Assembly: GCF_009914755.1 (NCBI RefSeq) | Contig: NC_060938.1 | From: the human T2T-CHM13v2.0 reference genome, Homo sapiens | DNA: 64,000 bases | Reading direction: 5' to 3' (one strand) | In this document: positions 38,591-53,255 of the stretch, one piece after another | Layout: the number at the start of each line of letters is the position of its first letter | Numbering within the stretch: the first letter of the stretch is position 1 | The notes under the pieces: generated by a model | What the model saw: the letters and a program-made list of their open reading frames with translations, nothing else | Database searches by the model: none | Told to the model about the DNA's origin: nothing | Program-made: the position numbers and the translations under genes

Positions 38591-39850
38591 TCTTATGTAT
38601 CTCCATACCCCCATCTTCTCTGTCTACTGTTTTACAGTTAGCACCCGAAAAGTTATTTGTACTTGTGTTAGTGTTAACATGTGTCTGGCTTAACTAGTCC
38701 CTTGTTCAGGTGCAGGAATTTATCAACATATAAATCAGAAGACAAAAAACTTCAAGCCTAACACACTTAATGCACATAAGCTTCTCCAGGCCACCACTTA
38801 CAGAGTTGTGCTATACCTTTTTTTTTTTTTTTGATGTGGCAAAAACAAAACAACTCAGCAGCTAAACAGATGAAAAGCCAAGCTGTGGGCTAAGGTATGT
38901 ATTTGATGAAGCTCTCTCTTCTCTAGATCTTTAGTGGGAAGAGTTTTGCCACTTGACACATATTTACCCCGCAAACCTACACTGGCAATGCTAAGGCAGT
39001 GAGCACAGAACACAGGCCTGAAGTGTGCTGGAAGTTAGCTGAAGGGCAATGTCAGCGCACCAGCTTTGAAATTACATGCAGCGCAGTCACCGTCCCTCTG
39101 GAAAACTGTGCATTCTGTGAATGCTGACTCTGGAAGTGCACACGCTGAGCATCAGGGCTGGAAAACAGCTGAGAGAGAATGTTCTCCCAGGAGAACAAAC
39201 CTTAGCGAGCTTCCTCCATGTGTTCTGTACATCTGCATCATCTCATTTCATCTTCAAACAATCCATGAAGTAATGCAGTCTTCTTTATATGGTAGGAAAA
39301 CTGAGGATCAGAAAAATTAACTGATTTTATTCAAGGATACCCTGTTAGTTGCAGCCACTGGTGGTAACATTTTTTAGTGCTTTGGTGCCAAAAAAGAAAA
39401 AAAGAAATTTTTGTGCTCCAAATAAAAGAGGACTTCTGTAGAAATTAAAATAAGGCATTATTAGAACTTTAGGAATTTTGCTTCTTTCTTTGTCCTCTGA
39501 TTATTCCTGTGACTTTATGTATGACCCCTTAATGCAGTGGCTGTGTTCTACCAGTTGATTTGGACATGTACATAGTTGACCTTCAAACCCATTACTGTTG
39601 CATCCGAGACTATCCCCTTGAGGAGTTCCATCAGGGAGGGAGGAGCATCGTCTAGAAGTCAGAAGTCTTTGCCTGCTGTTAGTATTCTCCACAGAGCTCC
39701 TCCTCTCCCTCAGTTGAGGGTCACAGGATGTTAGAGAAATCAAAAGCCACTGGACATCAGGGAAAGATTGAGGAGCCTGTTACCTGTCACCTTTTCATTT
39801 AGACGGCCTTGCTTCTAAAATTATATTCTGAATTTTCCATTTATTCTTGC

Positions 39851-40640
39851 TGCTATAGACTGAATGTTTTTCCCCCTCCCACACCCACTGTTCATATGTT
39901 GAAGCCCTAATCCCCAATGTGATGGTATTTGAGGTAGGTAGGGAGGTAATTAGGTTTAGATGAGGACATGGGGATAGAGCCCCCTTATGGGATAAGAAAA
40001 TGATTATAAGAAGAGTGCTCGATATGGTTAGGCTTTGTGTCCCACCCGAATCTCATCTTGAATTGAGATTCCCATAATCCCCATAATCCCCATGTGTCAA
40101 GGGAGAGACCAGGTGGAGGTAATTGAATCATGGGGGTTGCTCCCTCATACTGCTCTTGTGATAGTGAGTGAGTTCTAATGAGATCTGATGGTTTTATAAG
40201 GGGCTCTTGCCCTCTTTGCTTGGCATTTCTCCTTCCTGGCGCCTTGCAAAGAGGGTGCCTTGCTTCCTCTTTGCCTTCCACCATGATTGTAAATTTCCTG
40301 AGGTTTCCCAAGCCATGCTGAAATGTGAGTCAATTAAACCTCTTTCCTTTATAAATTACCCAGCCTCAGGTAGTTCTTTACAGCAGTAGAAAAATGGACT
40401 AATATAATGCCCTTAGAACAAGAGGAAGAGACAAGAGTCTTCCCTTTTTCTCGGCCATGTGAGGACACAGGAAGAAGATGGCCATCTACAAATCAGAAAG
40501 AGGGCACTCACCAGGCACCGAATCTGCCAGCACTTTGATCTTGGACTTCCTAGCCTCCAGAACTGTGCAAAATAAATGTTGGCTGCTTAAGTCACCCAGT
40601 CTATGGTATTTTGTTACAGCAGCCCAAACTGGCTAAGATA
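39851..40640 (+). mobile_element. MLT1A-like MaLR LTR, interrupted by THE1D
   Basis: tgctatagactgaatgtt...catatgttgaagccctaatccccaatgtgatggtattt and ...ccatgtgaggacacag...ttggacttcctagcctccagaactgtg...ggctaagata. Confidence 0.9.
40020..40406 (+). mobile_element. THE1D-like solo LTR nested in MLT1A
   Basis: gatatggttaggctttgtgtcccaccc...gtgagtcaattaaacctctttcctttataaattacccag...ggactaatata. Confidence 0.9.
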
Positions 40641-41249
40641 CTGTCTTGTAGGTGAAACAGGGCTAGGAGTTATTTTACAGGCATAAAGTTACCTGTTTTT
40701 ACACTCTTGAGAATCAATTAGTGGGTTGGTATACTAATGGTAGGGTCTAAAAAAAGAAGAAAAACACCAAATGCATTTGAAGCGATTCCAACTTTGGGAC
40801 ACTTTTTATTATTTCAGACAAATGCAGATAGAATGTTTACTGAGGTGTCTCCCTGGCCCTTTATGTAATATTTGGATAGCGCAATCCTTAGCTGCATGCA
40901 GATAATGTGTTAGGCAGCTAGAAAAATAACCTGCTTGTACTGTTTCTGATTTATTCCCCCTCCTCCCTCACGTCTTTGTTCACAGTAAACACATCACTGC
41001 AGAGTAGCTAGCAAATGAATGCCTTTTTATCAGAGGTACATGCCCAGTTGGTGGCTACGACCACATAGAACAGCAGATATGGCCAAAGGGGGAATCACTG
41101 ACAAAACAGGCAGACCCTCACCCAGAGTGGATGGTGTTTCTTGGCATCTGAGAATCAGAATATAGAGGAAGATGAAAGCACTGTCGTGTTTACGGTGCTG
41201 GAAATTATATTGAAACTCAAGTAAAATAATGATGCTGCTGCTGCTGATG

Positions 41250-41460
41250 ATGATTTGTTGAGTGTTTACTATAGGCTCTGATCTGGCATGCTTTCCATGT
41301 ATAATTTCATTTATACTTTACTACAACCTCAGGTGAGAGCTACAGTTATTATATTATTATACCTATTTTATAGGTGAGGAAACCGAGACATAGAGAGTTT
41401 AAATAACTTGCCCAGTGTCACATAGGTTAAGAACCAGGATCAAGATAAGAGCTTTCCTCA
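41250..41460 (-). mobile_element. MIR SINE
   Basis: atttgttgagtgtttactat...ttttataggtgaggaaaccgagacatagagagtttaaataacttgccca. Confidence 0.85.
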
Positions 41461-42425
41461 ACTACCCAGGAAGGACCAAAGAAGTTAAGAGTCTCCAGAA
41501 TTTGAGAGGAGGAATTATGATTCTGGAAGTTCCAATCTTTCTCTCCAGCTTCAGAAGGATCAACCAATATTTTAAAGGAATGTTTAATCCTTGTGGTATG
41601 AGCTGTTGGGGTAAGAAAGAATATGGGCTGGGGTGAAGATTGAATATGAGCCAAGTTCAGTCTCATTACAGGACTAGGAAGACAGAGAAATACCAAGATC
41701 TAGAGCATTGAGGGATATTTTGATGAAGCTCTGTTGGCTCTTGCATGGTCCACATGAATGCAAAGCATTCATTTTTTTTCTAGATGAGAGGCACAAAGAA
41801 ATAAGACAGCATTTTTCTTTTTTCAGTAAAATCCCTTTAGTTTTGACTGCACTAATTCTGTATTTTCCTAATTTAGTCATGTTAAGCTAAAATTTACCTT
41901 TATACCATGTAGGTTGAGAGGAGGATTTATAAAACAAAAAGAGAAAGTGGTCAGCCTATTCTATCGGATCAAATCAGTAAATTACTACCAATCTTCACTA
42001 CTTCAGGACAATTATTTTATTCAAATAACAAATACACTAATTACAAATGAATGTCCATTTTTAAATCACTTGCAAGAGTCCCACACACATTTAACAGAGT
42101 GGTTTTCTTTTCTTTACCTTATGTTCTTGGAGATAATAAATCAACATTTCCCTCAGAAAGCATTTGTTAATTTTTTATTCAATCATACCAATCTTTTGCC
42201 CAATTAGGAGGCATTAGTGTAATTTTTTCCCATTAAATTGTACATAAGTACTGTCGTCCTTGTTTGAATAATTAACTTTCACCTAGATGCCCTATGTGTT
42301 TCGGTTGATGTATTTGCTCACTTGCATCTGCGGTTTGCTGTAGCTTTGAAACTACTGACACTTTCAAGCAAGATGGACTAATGTCTCTGAAATGAAGCTG
42401 GACATTTGGATTTGTGACAGTGAGC

Positions 42426-42578
42426 TTGACACTTATTACCTTACTAATTAGGTAGTAAGCATATACCAAAATGATTTACATAGAGGGTATTAGTACCTAT
42501 TAGTACCTTACTACCTATTAGTAAGGTAATATGTGTCAAAGATTTACATAGAGGGTATATGCTTACTACCTGTTAGTG
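42426..42578. repeat. Complex local inverted and direct repeat cluster
   Basis: 42426-42459 is the near reverse complement of 42507-42539; 42450-42467 is the exact reverse complement of 42554-42571; gatttacatagagggtat occurs at 42473 and 42541. Confidence 0.9.
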
Positions 42579-43489
42579 CTAAGACATTGGTTCTGTCAGA
42601 TGAGGATTTTCTGATTGGCAACTAAGGAAGTTATGTTCATAATTTAAAGTGAAGGGGTGGGATGGGATAGAGCTGGATCAATGCCCCATGGTACTACAGA
42701 GTGAGTGATAACTTGGAGAATATTGTCCCCCTGCTCCCCACCCAGCTGCCAGTTTGACTAGCCTTTCAAATAGCATTCACTTGTCCTCAATTCTCACCCA
42801 AGACAAAACACCCATGACTTGGAACAATAAAGCAAACATATTTCCAAAATGGCCATGGCAGAACAGTGAAAAGGTACTTTGGTATATCTCATGCCACATT
42901 TCACAGATCTTTTGTTCTGTGATGGTTTATGGAAGTGAAGTACTTTATTATGTAAAATTCATCCTGTTTTTTGTTTGTTTGTTTGTTTGTTTTGTTTTGT
43001 GATACTACAGATCCATTTCACTATAGCCAAAGGACATGCGTTTGGGGTCTGGGGATCCATCAGAGGATTCTTCTCTCTTCTTCTGGTCCCACAAAGCAAT
43101 CGTGAGCTTTAGAAAGGAATCCTAGGAAAAGTGAATAGTCTTCCACTGACATCTGCTCTTTCTTATAGCTTACAATGAATACTGCCTCTTAAAGTGTCTT
43201 CTTAAAGTGGCACAAAGAGAGCAACTCTGTGAGTGCAGGGTGATTGGGCACGCAGTAGGAGAAGCACTCAGGGTTAGCAAGTGATTTTCCTGACACAAAA
43301 CCATTTGTTGGCAAGATCTGTGGGAGAAACATTCTGGATTTTGTATTTCTTGACCTTTCCATGCTTTCATTTGGTAAACTTTGCAAAGCAGAAGCTTTAT
43401 CTTAAAAGTTGTTGTGGTTTTGTATTAAGCTCTTTTGAAGTAACTGATATGACTTATTTTGCTTTAAGACTTAAAGTGCAATTTTTAAT

Positions 43490-43725
43490 AAGCTGGTACC
43501 ATTTATTAATTACTTACTAATGATCCCAGCACAGTGCTTTCTGTATATTATGTCTCTTCGTCTCTACAAAAAACCCCAGGACTTATAAATTATTATTTTT
43601 CTCTAATTTGCGGATGGCTAAACTGAAGCTTAAAGAGATTAAGTAATTTGCTGAAAATCACATGACTTCTAAGGAAGGTTGAGATTCTTTCTGACTCCAA
43701 AGCCTGAGCATTATTTCATCACTGC
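43490..43725 (-). mobile_element. MIR SINE
   Basis: accatttattaattacttact...aaactgaagcttaaagagattaagtaatttgct...tctgactccaaagcc. Confidence 0.8.
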
Positions 43726-44094
43726 CTTCCTTTATACATTATGTATGTTAATTCAATGTTTTCCTCCCTCTCAGGCTACAGAACTCAGATTTCATGAGAG
43801 TTTAGAGTTCTAGTCTCCAGAGTTTTTCAGTAACCCTTCTCTCTTTTCAGTAGAAAGGGAGAGTTGTTTTAAAAATGGATAACTACTTAAGAAAGGCCTT
43901 TGACAATCTCTAACGTGTGAAAAATTCTTTTTGGCCACTGGCTTCTGATGACTCAAATTGTCAGTTGACTTGTTTGCTAACATGTTTTAGCTTCCATCAC
44001 TCCCTTCCACAGATGGCATGAAGAATTGGCCATAGTAGATAACCATGCTACAGTAGATGCCATTCATTTATTGCCATTCATTTATAGCAAATAG

Positions 44095-44432
<338 letters not shown>

Positions 44433-45328
44433 GATGCCATTCATTTAGAGTAGTCATTCTTTCATAGTAGACAGCCATTCTGTAGTAGATACCATTTTCT
44501 ATAGTAGCACTACCCCTTACCATCCGACTAGAAGAAGAATAAGTAAGTGATTAGAAATAAGGCTCCTGGTTATAGGGTTTGTTACCCAATGAACATGATG
44601 ACTTGATTAGCGTGCCCTTTCAGCCCAATGTAGGATTTTCTATGGACTATGATTGAGAGCAGACACCTACAGATTTGTTTGCTTTACATATATAGCTGAA
44701 TAGTCAAAATGCTATATCCACCTCAAATGGAGTCAGGATAAGCATTATGAAAAGTCAGAATTGGCAGTTGCTAGGTGATGTAATTTGAGGGACTCCATGG
44801 AGCATACCCTCCAAAAAACTCTTACTGATGCCTGAAATTTCACAGTTATGTCTTGATTACATTGGATTGAGCAACAGCCCCTCCTTTAAAAAATGCAAAT
44901 TCTTCTCACACAGGGAGGTAGCTATTATGCCCCTGACACACTGGGTGCTTATTAAGCACTCAAAGCAGAACAGAGGATGTGGATGGATGAGGAGATGGAA
45001 AAAGTTGTGCAGTGAACAGTTTCCCTGAGAGCTGGCATGGCAAGAGGGGGGCGGTATGCCCACTGCACAGGGGCGGGGCCAGGTGCTGGATCCTGCACAG
45101 TGGGAACATGCTCCCCTCTGCCATCTTTTGTTGGGAAGAGGCTCACACAGCCTTTCCAGAAGAGAATTGCAGGACCAAGCAAGGTGAACTGGGAAAGAGA
45201 AGGATCTGGAAGTCTAGGATGGCAAGATAGATTGGAGAGCAATACACAGACAACCTGGGGAAGAGAGCTCGCCTGGGTCTCAGGTGATGGGGTGGGAGCC
45301 CTGGCTCTGCATCTGGCTAGCTTTGTAA

Positions 45329-45710
<382 letters not shown>

Positions 45711-47630
45711 TAAAATGAGGGCATTTGACTAGGGACATCTCCAAGTTTCCTTCTAGTTATGAAGAATGCATTTTTTTTAAATTGTACTGGAATCTTATGA
45801 GAAACACGAGGGATTATTCTTTTTGCTTTTAAGATTTATCCATGATAGAGTATAAGATAAGCCATGGGACTTGCTTCTCTCCCAACTCACCATACCCAAA
45901 AGATATTAATCTTGGTAAGATCCCACAACCAACACTATGCTTTTGCAAGAGCATCCAAAGTTGTGATTTTGGGTTTTGTTTTGATTTCTTTTGTTGGTTT
46001 TTTTATTTAGCTTGTGACTAATAGAAAACCAGAAATACTAATCTCTTACATCAAAGGAAGGTTACTGGCAACCTCCTTGTACTCTCCAGGGAGGCATGGT
46101 TCTCTTGGACTTAGCCTGGGTTGTCTGCATCTGGGAAGGACTTGGACAGGAAAGAGCTAGGCATAGGAGCTGAAAGGGAACCTTCTTATCTTCAGACTGG
46201 GAGGACACAGGTTATATCCTCCATCAGAGGTGTAGAAGAAATGATGCTCAACAATCAGTCACATCCTCAGAACTTCCCCAGGCTTGCATCCCTGGAAAGC
46301 TGAAGTAGTCTTTGGGGCTTCAGAGAAGGCATCAATTGATGGATCTCAGTCCATGTGTGCGTGAGGCTCAAGGTTACCTGGCAAGGCAGTACAGGGCAGT
46401 AGTAAAGAGTGAGTAAAGGATCTGGGGTCAGCAAAACCTGGTTTTGATCCTCGATGCTACCTCTTTCAATGGACAGGTTACCAAGCCTCAACTCCCATGT
46501 CTGTAGAAGAGACTGTCACAACACTTGTCTCTGAGTTGTGACGGCTCCACACAATAGTCCAGGCAAGGAGGTAAGCCTGGTGCTCAGCATTGACCAGCCA
46601 TCTAGAATTGGTCATTGCCATTATTATTAAACAGTGCAGCCCTATGGCCAGTGAAAAACAACTTTTAAGGCAGCAAGGCACTTGCAGCATCCAATCTGGG
46701 GAACCACTCAGAACCCCGGAAAGGTACTCCAGCAACACCTGACCCTTCTCAGATTCACTTCCCTTTACATAGCTTGTTACGTGGTGAGCTTTAACTACAG
46801 TGCGCAGCTCTCATCTCTTCAAGGGTGGGAGGATTGCACTGCAAATATGTCTAAAAAGGCACCTGTGTCAATATAGTTTGTGTCATATTCAACAGGGAGA
46901 GCAAAATGAAATGCATCTTTCACAGATCTGTAGAAAACAATCATCATGGGTGCTTCCTAAACTCCATCCAGAGAGTTAAAGGCATCAATCGTTATTATTT
47001 TTTCCCTTCAAAATACATATAAAGAATTTAAAAATACATATAATTTTTGACTTCAGGAATGTATGTTTGTTTACAAGTAATTTTATTGCAAAATATCGAG
47101 AATGTTCTGACCTCTATGTGAATGGATGTACATATATCTCCCCAAAGTGGTCTATGTCAATGTCAGATAAAAAGTCATTCATGTATTTCAGATGAGATGG
47201 AAGAGGAAAGCAATTTGCCAAGTAGTGATGACATAAAGGAATGTGCTTATAGGGTCTTCAGAGGGCTATCCCTGCCTGGAGGGTTTTTGAGGGTAGGTAG
47301 GAGGCCAGGTGGTTGGCTCCTCTGTTATTGAAAAAAGGAGATTGTCTTTCAGAGAGCACTGAGGCCTAGAGCACTCTTATCACTTGGAATGCCCGTCAGG
47401 GCTCACAGAGAGTGGAGAAGCATTTTATATATCACAAGCCATTGCATGCCATAACTTCTCCTTCTTTTCTTGTCCTCTTTATTTTCCCCTACCAGCATGG
47501 CTCTCAGATTTATTAACAGCCCTTTCATGCCTTCTACAGCCATCAGGAAGAGAAATAAAGAGGTCTGGGAGAATCCAATCTTCTTTAGCTTGTCCTTTTT
47601 CACTCTCTTAGCTTTTTTGTTTGTTTGTTT

Positions 47631-47657
47631 CTCTTTCCCTCCCTTCCTCCCTCCCTC

Positions 47658-47702
<45 letters not shown>
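47631..47702. repeat. (CCCT)n(CT)n polypyrimidine microsatellite
   Basis: About 20 uninterrupted TC units at 47661-47702, preceded by cctccctccct. Confidence 0.95.
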
Positions 47703-47708
<6 letters not shown>

Positions 47709-48534
47709 ATTAGACTGCTCTGCATCAGGCTAGAGTTTCTTTTTCAATTTCCCTCTTCTTTCACTGTTTTTAATTGTTTCAGTGCCTTTGTTTTTCCCTA
47801 GACTTGAGCACAGTGGGAAAGGTCAGCTGTCAGAAGAGGGGCTGTACACAGCTGATAAGGCCTTCAGGAGACTGGATTGGAGTCATTTAGGCAGCATTCT
47901 CTCCCTGAAGTCATAGAGGCTACACTGTTGCAGTGGAAAGAAAAAAAGAGCTCAATGAGTAGAAAAGGCAACTTACATGAAATGAGCAGCTTGGCTATGT
48001 GAGCACTAAGCAGTGCATTACTTACCCAGAGCCCTTTTCCAGAGGCAGGTGCTGCCCAGTGCCAGCTCCAGTGACTCTGGGACGTTGATGGAAATGTGAA
48101 TCTGGATGAGGCACACATGCAGGAGGCTTGGAGGAAGGACTCAACTGGGAATTAGGAATCTAACATCCTGGAAATCAAAGTTGTCCCCTGTTAATATATC
48201 TGCTTCATGGTTATTTTACAACTAATGAACTTATATAAAAATCAGAAAGCCTAGGTTCTGGTCTTGGGTATATTGCTAATTACTTTGGGAAAGCATGAAA
48301 CTATACTAGCCTTGTAAAAAGAAGTAGAAAATGTGTGGTTTTTAAAGCACTTTTCATAGATAATATCTAGAATTCATCTTCCTGATATCATTTGCAAAGT
48401 AGAAGTGAGGAGAATACCCCTTCTTGGACATGGCTATGAAAACCAGTTAATTCCTTTTTATGTAAGTACCTTGAGGTAAACCCAAAGTCAAAGCCCTTGG
48501 AACTCATCCAAATAGCCTATGCAAAAATTCATGA

Positions 48535-48959
<425 letters not shown>

Positions 48960-49499
48960 TAACCTGATTTAAGGATACTTCCTACCATAATGTACCTGAA
49001 AAATATGACATGCTAAAATGTGACAGAACTCCTGTTTTCACTGTCAACCTGGCACATGACAAGTGTTCTCAATAAAGGTTTGCTGAATGAATGAATAAAA
49101 TTATTGAGTGAGTGGGTAACTTAAAGCCTTCAAGTAACACACAGTTAACTATGTTTATTTGGCTCTCCCTGGCCAACCCCAGTAATGGTTGGGTACAAAG
49201 AGGAATTGGGGTAGATAATGTTGGCCATAAAGGATATGTAATCTGGTTATATTGGTAGTTCTGCTGTCTTTCCATAGAAAAGGGAGCCAAAGGGTTTTAA
49301 CTAGAGCTCTGTCACCTTGGGAGAACCCTCGGGAAAGAACCACTGTCCAGGCTAGCAACCACAGAAGCCCTAGAAGATCACACAGTGAATTGCTTAGCTT
49401 CTGCTCTCACTGCAGTGCCTTTTACCCAAAACAAACTCTTGTTTTAGTAGGAGAAACAAGAAGGTTGGAGTTATACCCAATTCTAGCTTCATTCTAAAT

Positions 49500-49680
49500 T
49501 CCCTTGTCAATTATTATTCTAATTGGATGACCCTGGACCCCTAAATCTCAGCTCCCCTCCTTGAAAACTGTCAATAATAATACCTAAATAGGTTGTTGTG
49601 AAGATTCTATGAAACATTAATACAAAGCCAGAGCTAAAGCCCTGATACACAATAAGCTTCAAAAATGGTAGCTGGCATCA
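49500..49680 (+). mobile_element. MIR SINE fragment
   Basis: ataataatacctaaataggttgttgtgaagatt...gcctgatacacaataagc. Confidence 0.65.
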
Positions 49681-50613
49681 TCACTATCATCACCCCCATT
49701 TCAAGGGCTCTGGGAGTTTCCTGGTATGAAACAGTGATAATGATGCTTACAGTTTAAGGTTATAGAATTGAGGAGACTATTTGTAAAGGGCCTCTTGCGA
49801 TGACAGGCACGTAATAGAGAAAAAATAAGTATTGGCTCCTTTCTCTCTCCTTTCTTCTATGATGTCTTCTTACTTTTCTACTTTAGCCGAGGTAGTGGTA
49901 CATCATTACTCTTTCATAAAGTGACACAATGTCATTGAGGAATGCTCAAAAGGCCCCAGCAGATGGATGCTCATAGCTGGTTGAAGCAGAGTTAGGAGGG
50001 TAGCATGGAGGGGAGGGAGGAATGAGCAGCACTCGGGAATGCAAGACAGATCTTTTCTGCCAAACCTGGATGCACTGGAGGCTGCCATCCTAAAGCTTTT
50101 GTGAAGTTTCTGCCTGTTTCTGGAGTTATCCATGTAATCCTTGAGAGAACACTTCTGTTTGCACAAATCATTCCATACAACGTAATTAGCTACTTATAAT
50201 ACAGAGGACACTTGTGATCCCAAATTCAAACAATTGCAAAAGCAAAAGCAGTTTATTCATGGTGGTGTACAATGATAATTGATAATGAGCTACATGACTG
50301 TGAGGTGCTATGGAATCTCAAAGACTCTTCTGAATTCTCAAAGGGAGTTCACCTTATTCATAGGATGACTTTAGGTTAGCAGAAAATAATGACTTTAAAA
50401 AGTATTATACCATAACAATGAATACATTACTTATATTGTTCATGTAATTACTAGTTCTTCAAAAACCAAAATGCCAAATTTACAATGATTAGAAATTAAT
50501 AGCTAACAAAAACATCACACTAACTCGATGCCCTTTATTTGCCAATGATTCTAGCTAATGGAGAGTTTTTACTTGATGTGCTTTATTTTTTACCTTCTGA
50601 CATCTGATCCATG

Positions 50614-50717
50614 TAGAATGACCAGCCTTCCTGGTTTTCTAGGAACCAGCTATTTTAGCACTAAAAGTCCTAGTGAACTTCTCATTTCTAGGCAAATTGG
50701 GATGGCTGGTTACTCTA
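50614..50717. mobile_element. MER81-like hAT-Blackjack MITE
   Basis: Degenerate TIRs tagaatgaccag...ctggttactcta; internal ttttagcactaaaagtcc. Confidence 0.7.
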
Positions 50718-51061
50718 CTTGAAGCACCTGGTGGACCTCTTTTCAGGACAGCACCATGTTTAGACTAACATCTGACTGACAACTCAAAACGAAAAGAATC
50801 TCTGGTTCCAGATTATTTATAACTTTTGGATCTTGTTGATGAAGAAAATTTTTATGAAAAAAGAAAATAGAGTTGACTACTTTTCTATTTATTTAAATAA
50901 TAACATTAACAAATTTTGTCTATCCTTGCCATCATTTTATAAGACAGGAAATTACAAAACCAAAAAAGTAGAAAGGAGTAGAATGTAAATTTTACAAGGG
51001 TTCCAGAGTGATGTGTTTATCACTATGTTCCCAGTGCCTAGCAGTGTGTGGTGTGGCATAG

Positions 51062-51462
<401 letters not shown>

Positions 51463-52382
51463 ATTTTTCTAAATGTATTATAGATTGATGAAAACTTTCC
51501 CTTAGACCATTGCTTGGGGATCAATAGTTGAAATCTAAGTCTGTGGACTGTAGAGTTTTTTGATAGTAAGTTTTTATTGTAAATTATTTTAATGGCATTC
51601 TGTTGTTTATCCTAGTCTCATGTTCATTATAGTTGGTGTGGTCAACCTCCCATGAGATAATCATTCAGATAAGACCAAGTTTCCGGGCCTGTAAATCAGA
51701 GAATCAGGTTCATTTAGCATCCTCTTAGATCTCAACTTCTATCAGTAGCAAGATACATCTTTGCAGATACCTACATGGAGATTTCACTACATCTGGCAGG
51801 GATGAGCCACCGGTCCTCATTTTCTTAATTCCTGGACAAGGTTTTTGTGTATTCTAACCAAGTATTCTTGCTTTTCTTTGTTCTGATTCATTCATCTACA
51901 AAGTGTGGTCAGAAACCTTGACCAACTGCTGATATGTACAAATATCACAACTTCTCTAAGTCTGGGATCTCCTACCACAGTTGAGATATCCAAATCATTC
52001 ACAGTTTTGTCATAACTCGTGGATTAAAAAAATCATTGATAAATCATATCCGGTATTTCTGAAGAGGTTTAGAATTTTGGTTTCATGGATAGCATAGGAA
52101 ATGTAAATTATCCATCACAAATGTCTTTACAAGTTACAAAACTAAACCAATTTGAGTGTTCATTTCAGAGAGTCTTAATACTCTCAGTTTTGTTGTTTCT
52201 TTTAATCACAAATCAACTAACCATTTCCCTTTCTGCAGCTACCTTGCACAATCCCTGAGCATATTTCTGACCTTAGCCCTCTGGTGTCATAGCTCTGATT
52301 CTAGCTGTTTGGCTTTGGATGGGGTTGTTGGGGTGTTGCAGCATCTGTAAATGGTTAAAGGAGCATTAGACTCAATGTATCA

Positions 52383-52687
52383 GGCTCATGCCTGTAATCC
52401 CAGCACTTTGGAGGCTGAGGCGGGAGGATCAGGAGGATCAGGAGGATCAGGTCAGGAGATCAAGACCATCCTGGCTAATTTGGTGAAACCCCGTCTCTGC
52501 TAAAAAAAAAAAAATACAAAAAATTAGCCGGGCGTGGTGGCGGCTGCCTGTAGTCCCACCTTCTCAGGCGGCTGAGGCAGGAGAATGGCGTGAACCCAGG
52601 AGGCGGAGCTTGCAGTGAGCTGAGATCGCGCCACTGCACTCCAGCCTGGGCGACAGAGCGAGACTCCGTCTCAAAAAAAAAAAAAAA
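52383..52687 (+). mobile_element. AluY-like SINE, slightly 5'-truncated, with internal 9-bp triplication
   Basis: Starts at ggctcatgcctgtaatccc; ggaggatca x3 at 52423-52449; AluY-type right arm; pure A tail. Confidence 0.95.
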
Positions 52688-53059
52688 GTGGATTTCCTTA
52701 TTTATGCTCTCATAATTAAGATAATTTTAGCATTTATATCGTGTAGTGAATATACACAATTCCCATGATTTTTTTCCTATTGTTTTATGATCCGTATTTA
52801 TATCCCAAAGTATATGGTTAATACCTCTAAGTTTTTGCTGAAAATCTAGCCTTGTTGAGCAGATACAGGTTCCTTTAGCAGCTGGTGAAGGGTGCTTATA
52901 CTTTAAAAAATCAGATAATGTATGTGAAAGTGGTTTGGAATATGTGACATGCTATGCAAACGTGTATTTTTTTTTTTAAAGAAATGAATAGCTCGTCTCC
53001 CACAGGCATATTATTGACAGGGGTCTTTGCAAAAGATACACAAACCTAAATAGGAAGCA

Positions 53060-53255
53060 GCATGATCTAATGGAAAGCATATAGTCTTTGGAGGTTAACA
53101 TTGGCTTGTATTTTGGATCTGCTTTCAACTGGAAATATTAGAAGGATTTAGTCCCTTCTGAGCCTTAGTTTTATCATCTGAAAAATGGGCTAGTAAAACT
53201 TTATTTCACAGGGCTTTTGTGAGGGATAAATAAGAAATATACAAAGTATCCTAAT
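53060..53255 (+). mobile_element. MIR SINE
   Basis: cttctgagccttagttttatcatctgaaaaatggg...cacagggcttttgtgaggga. Confidence 0.75.
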
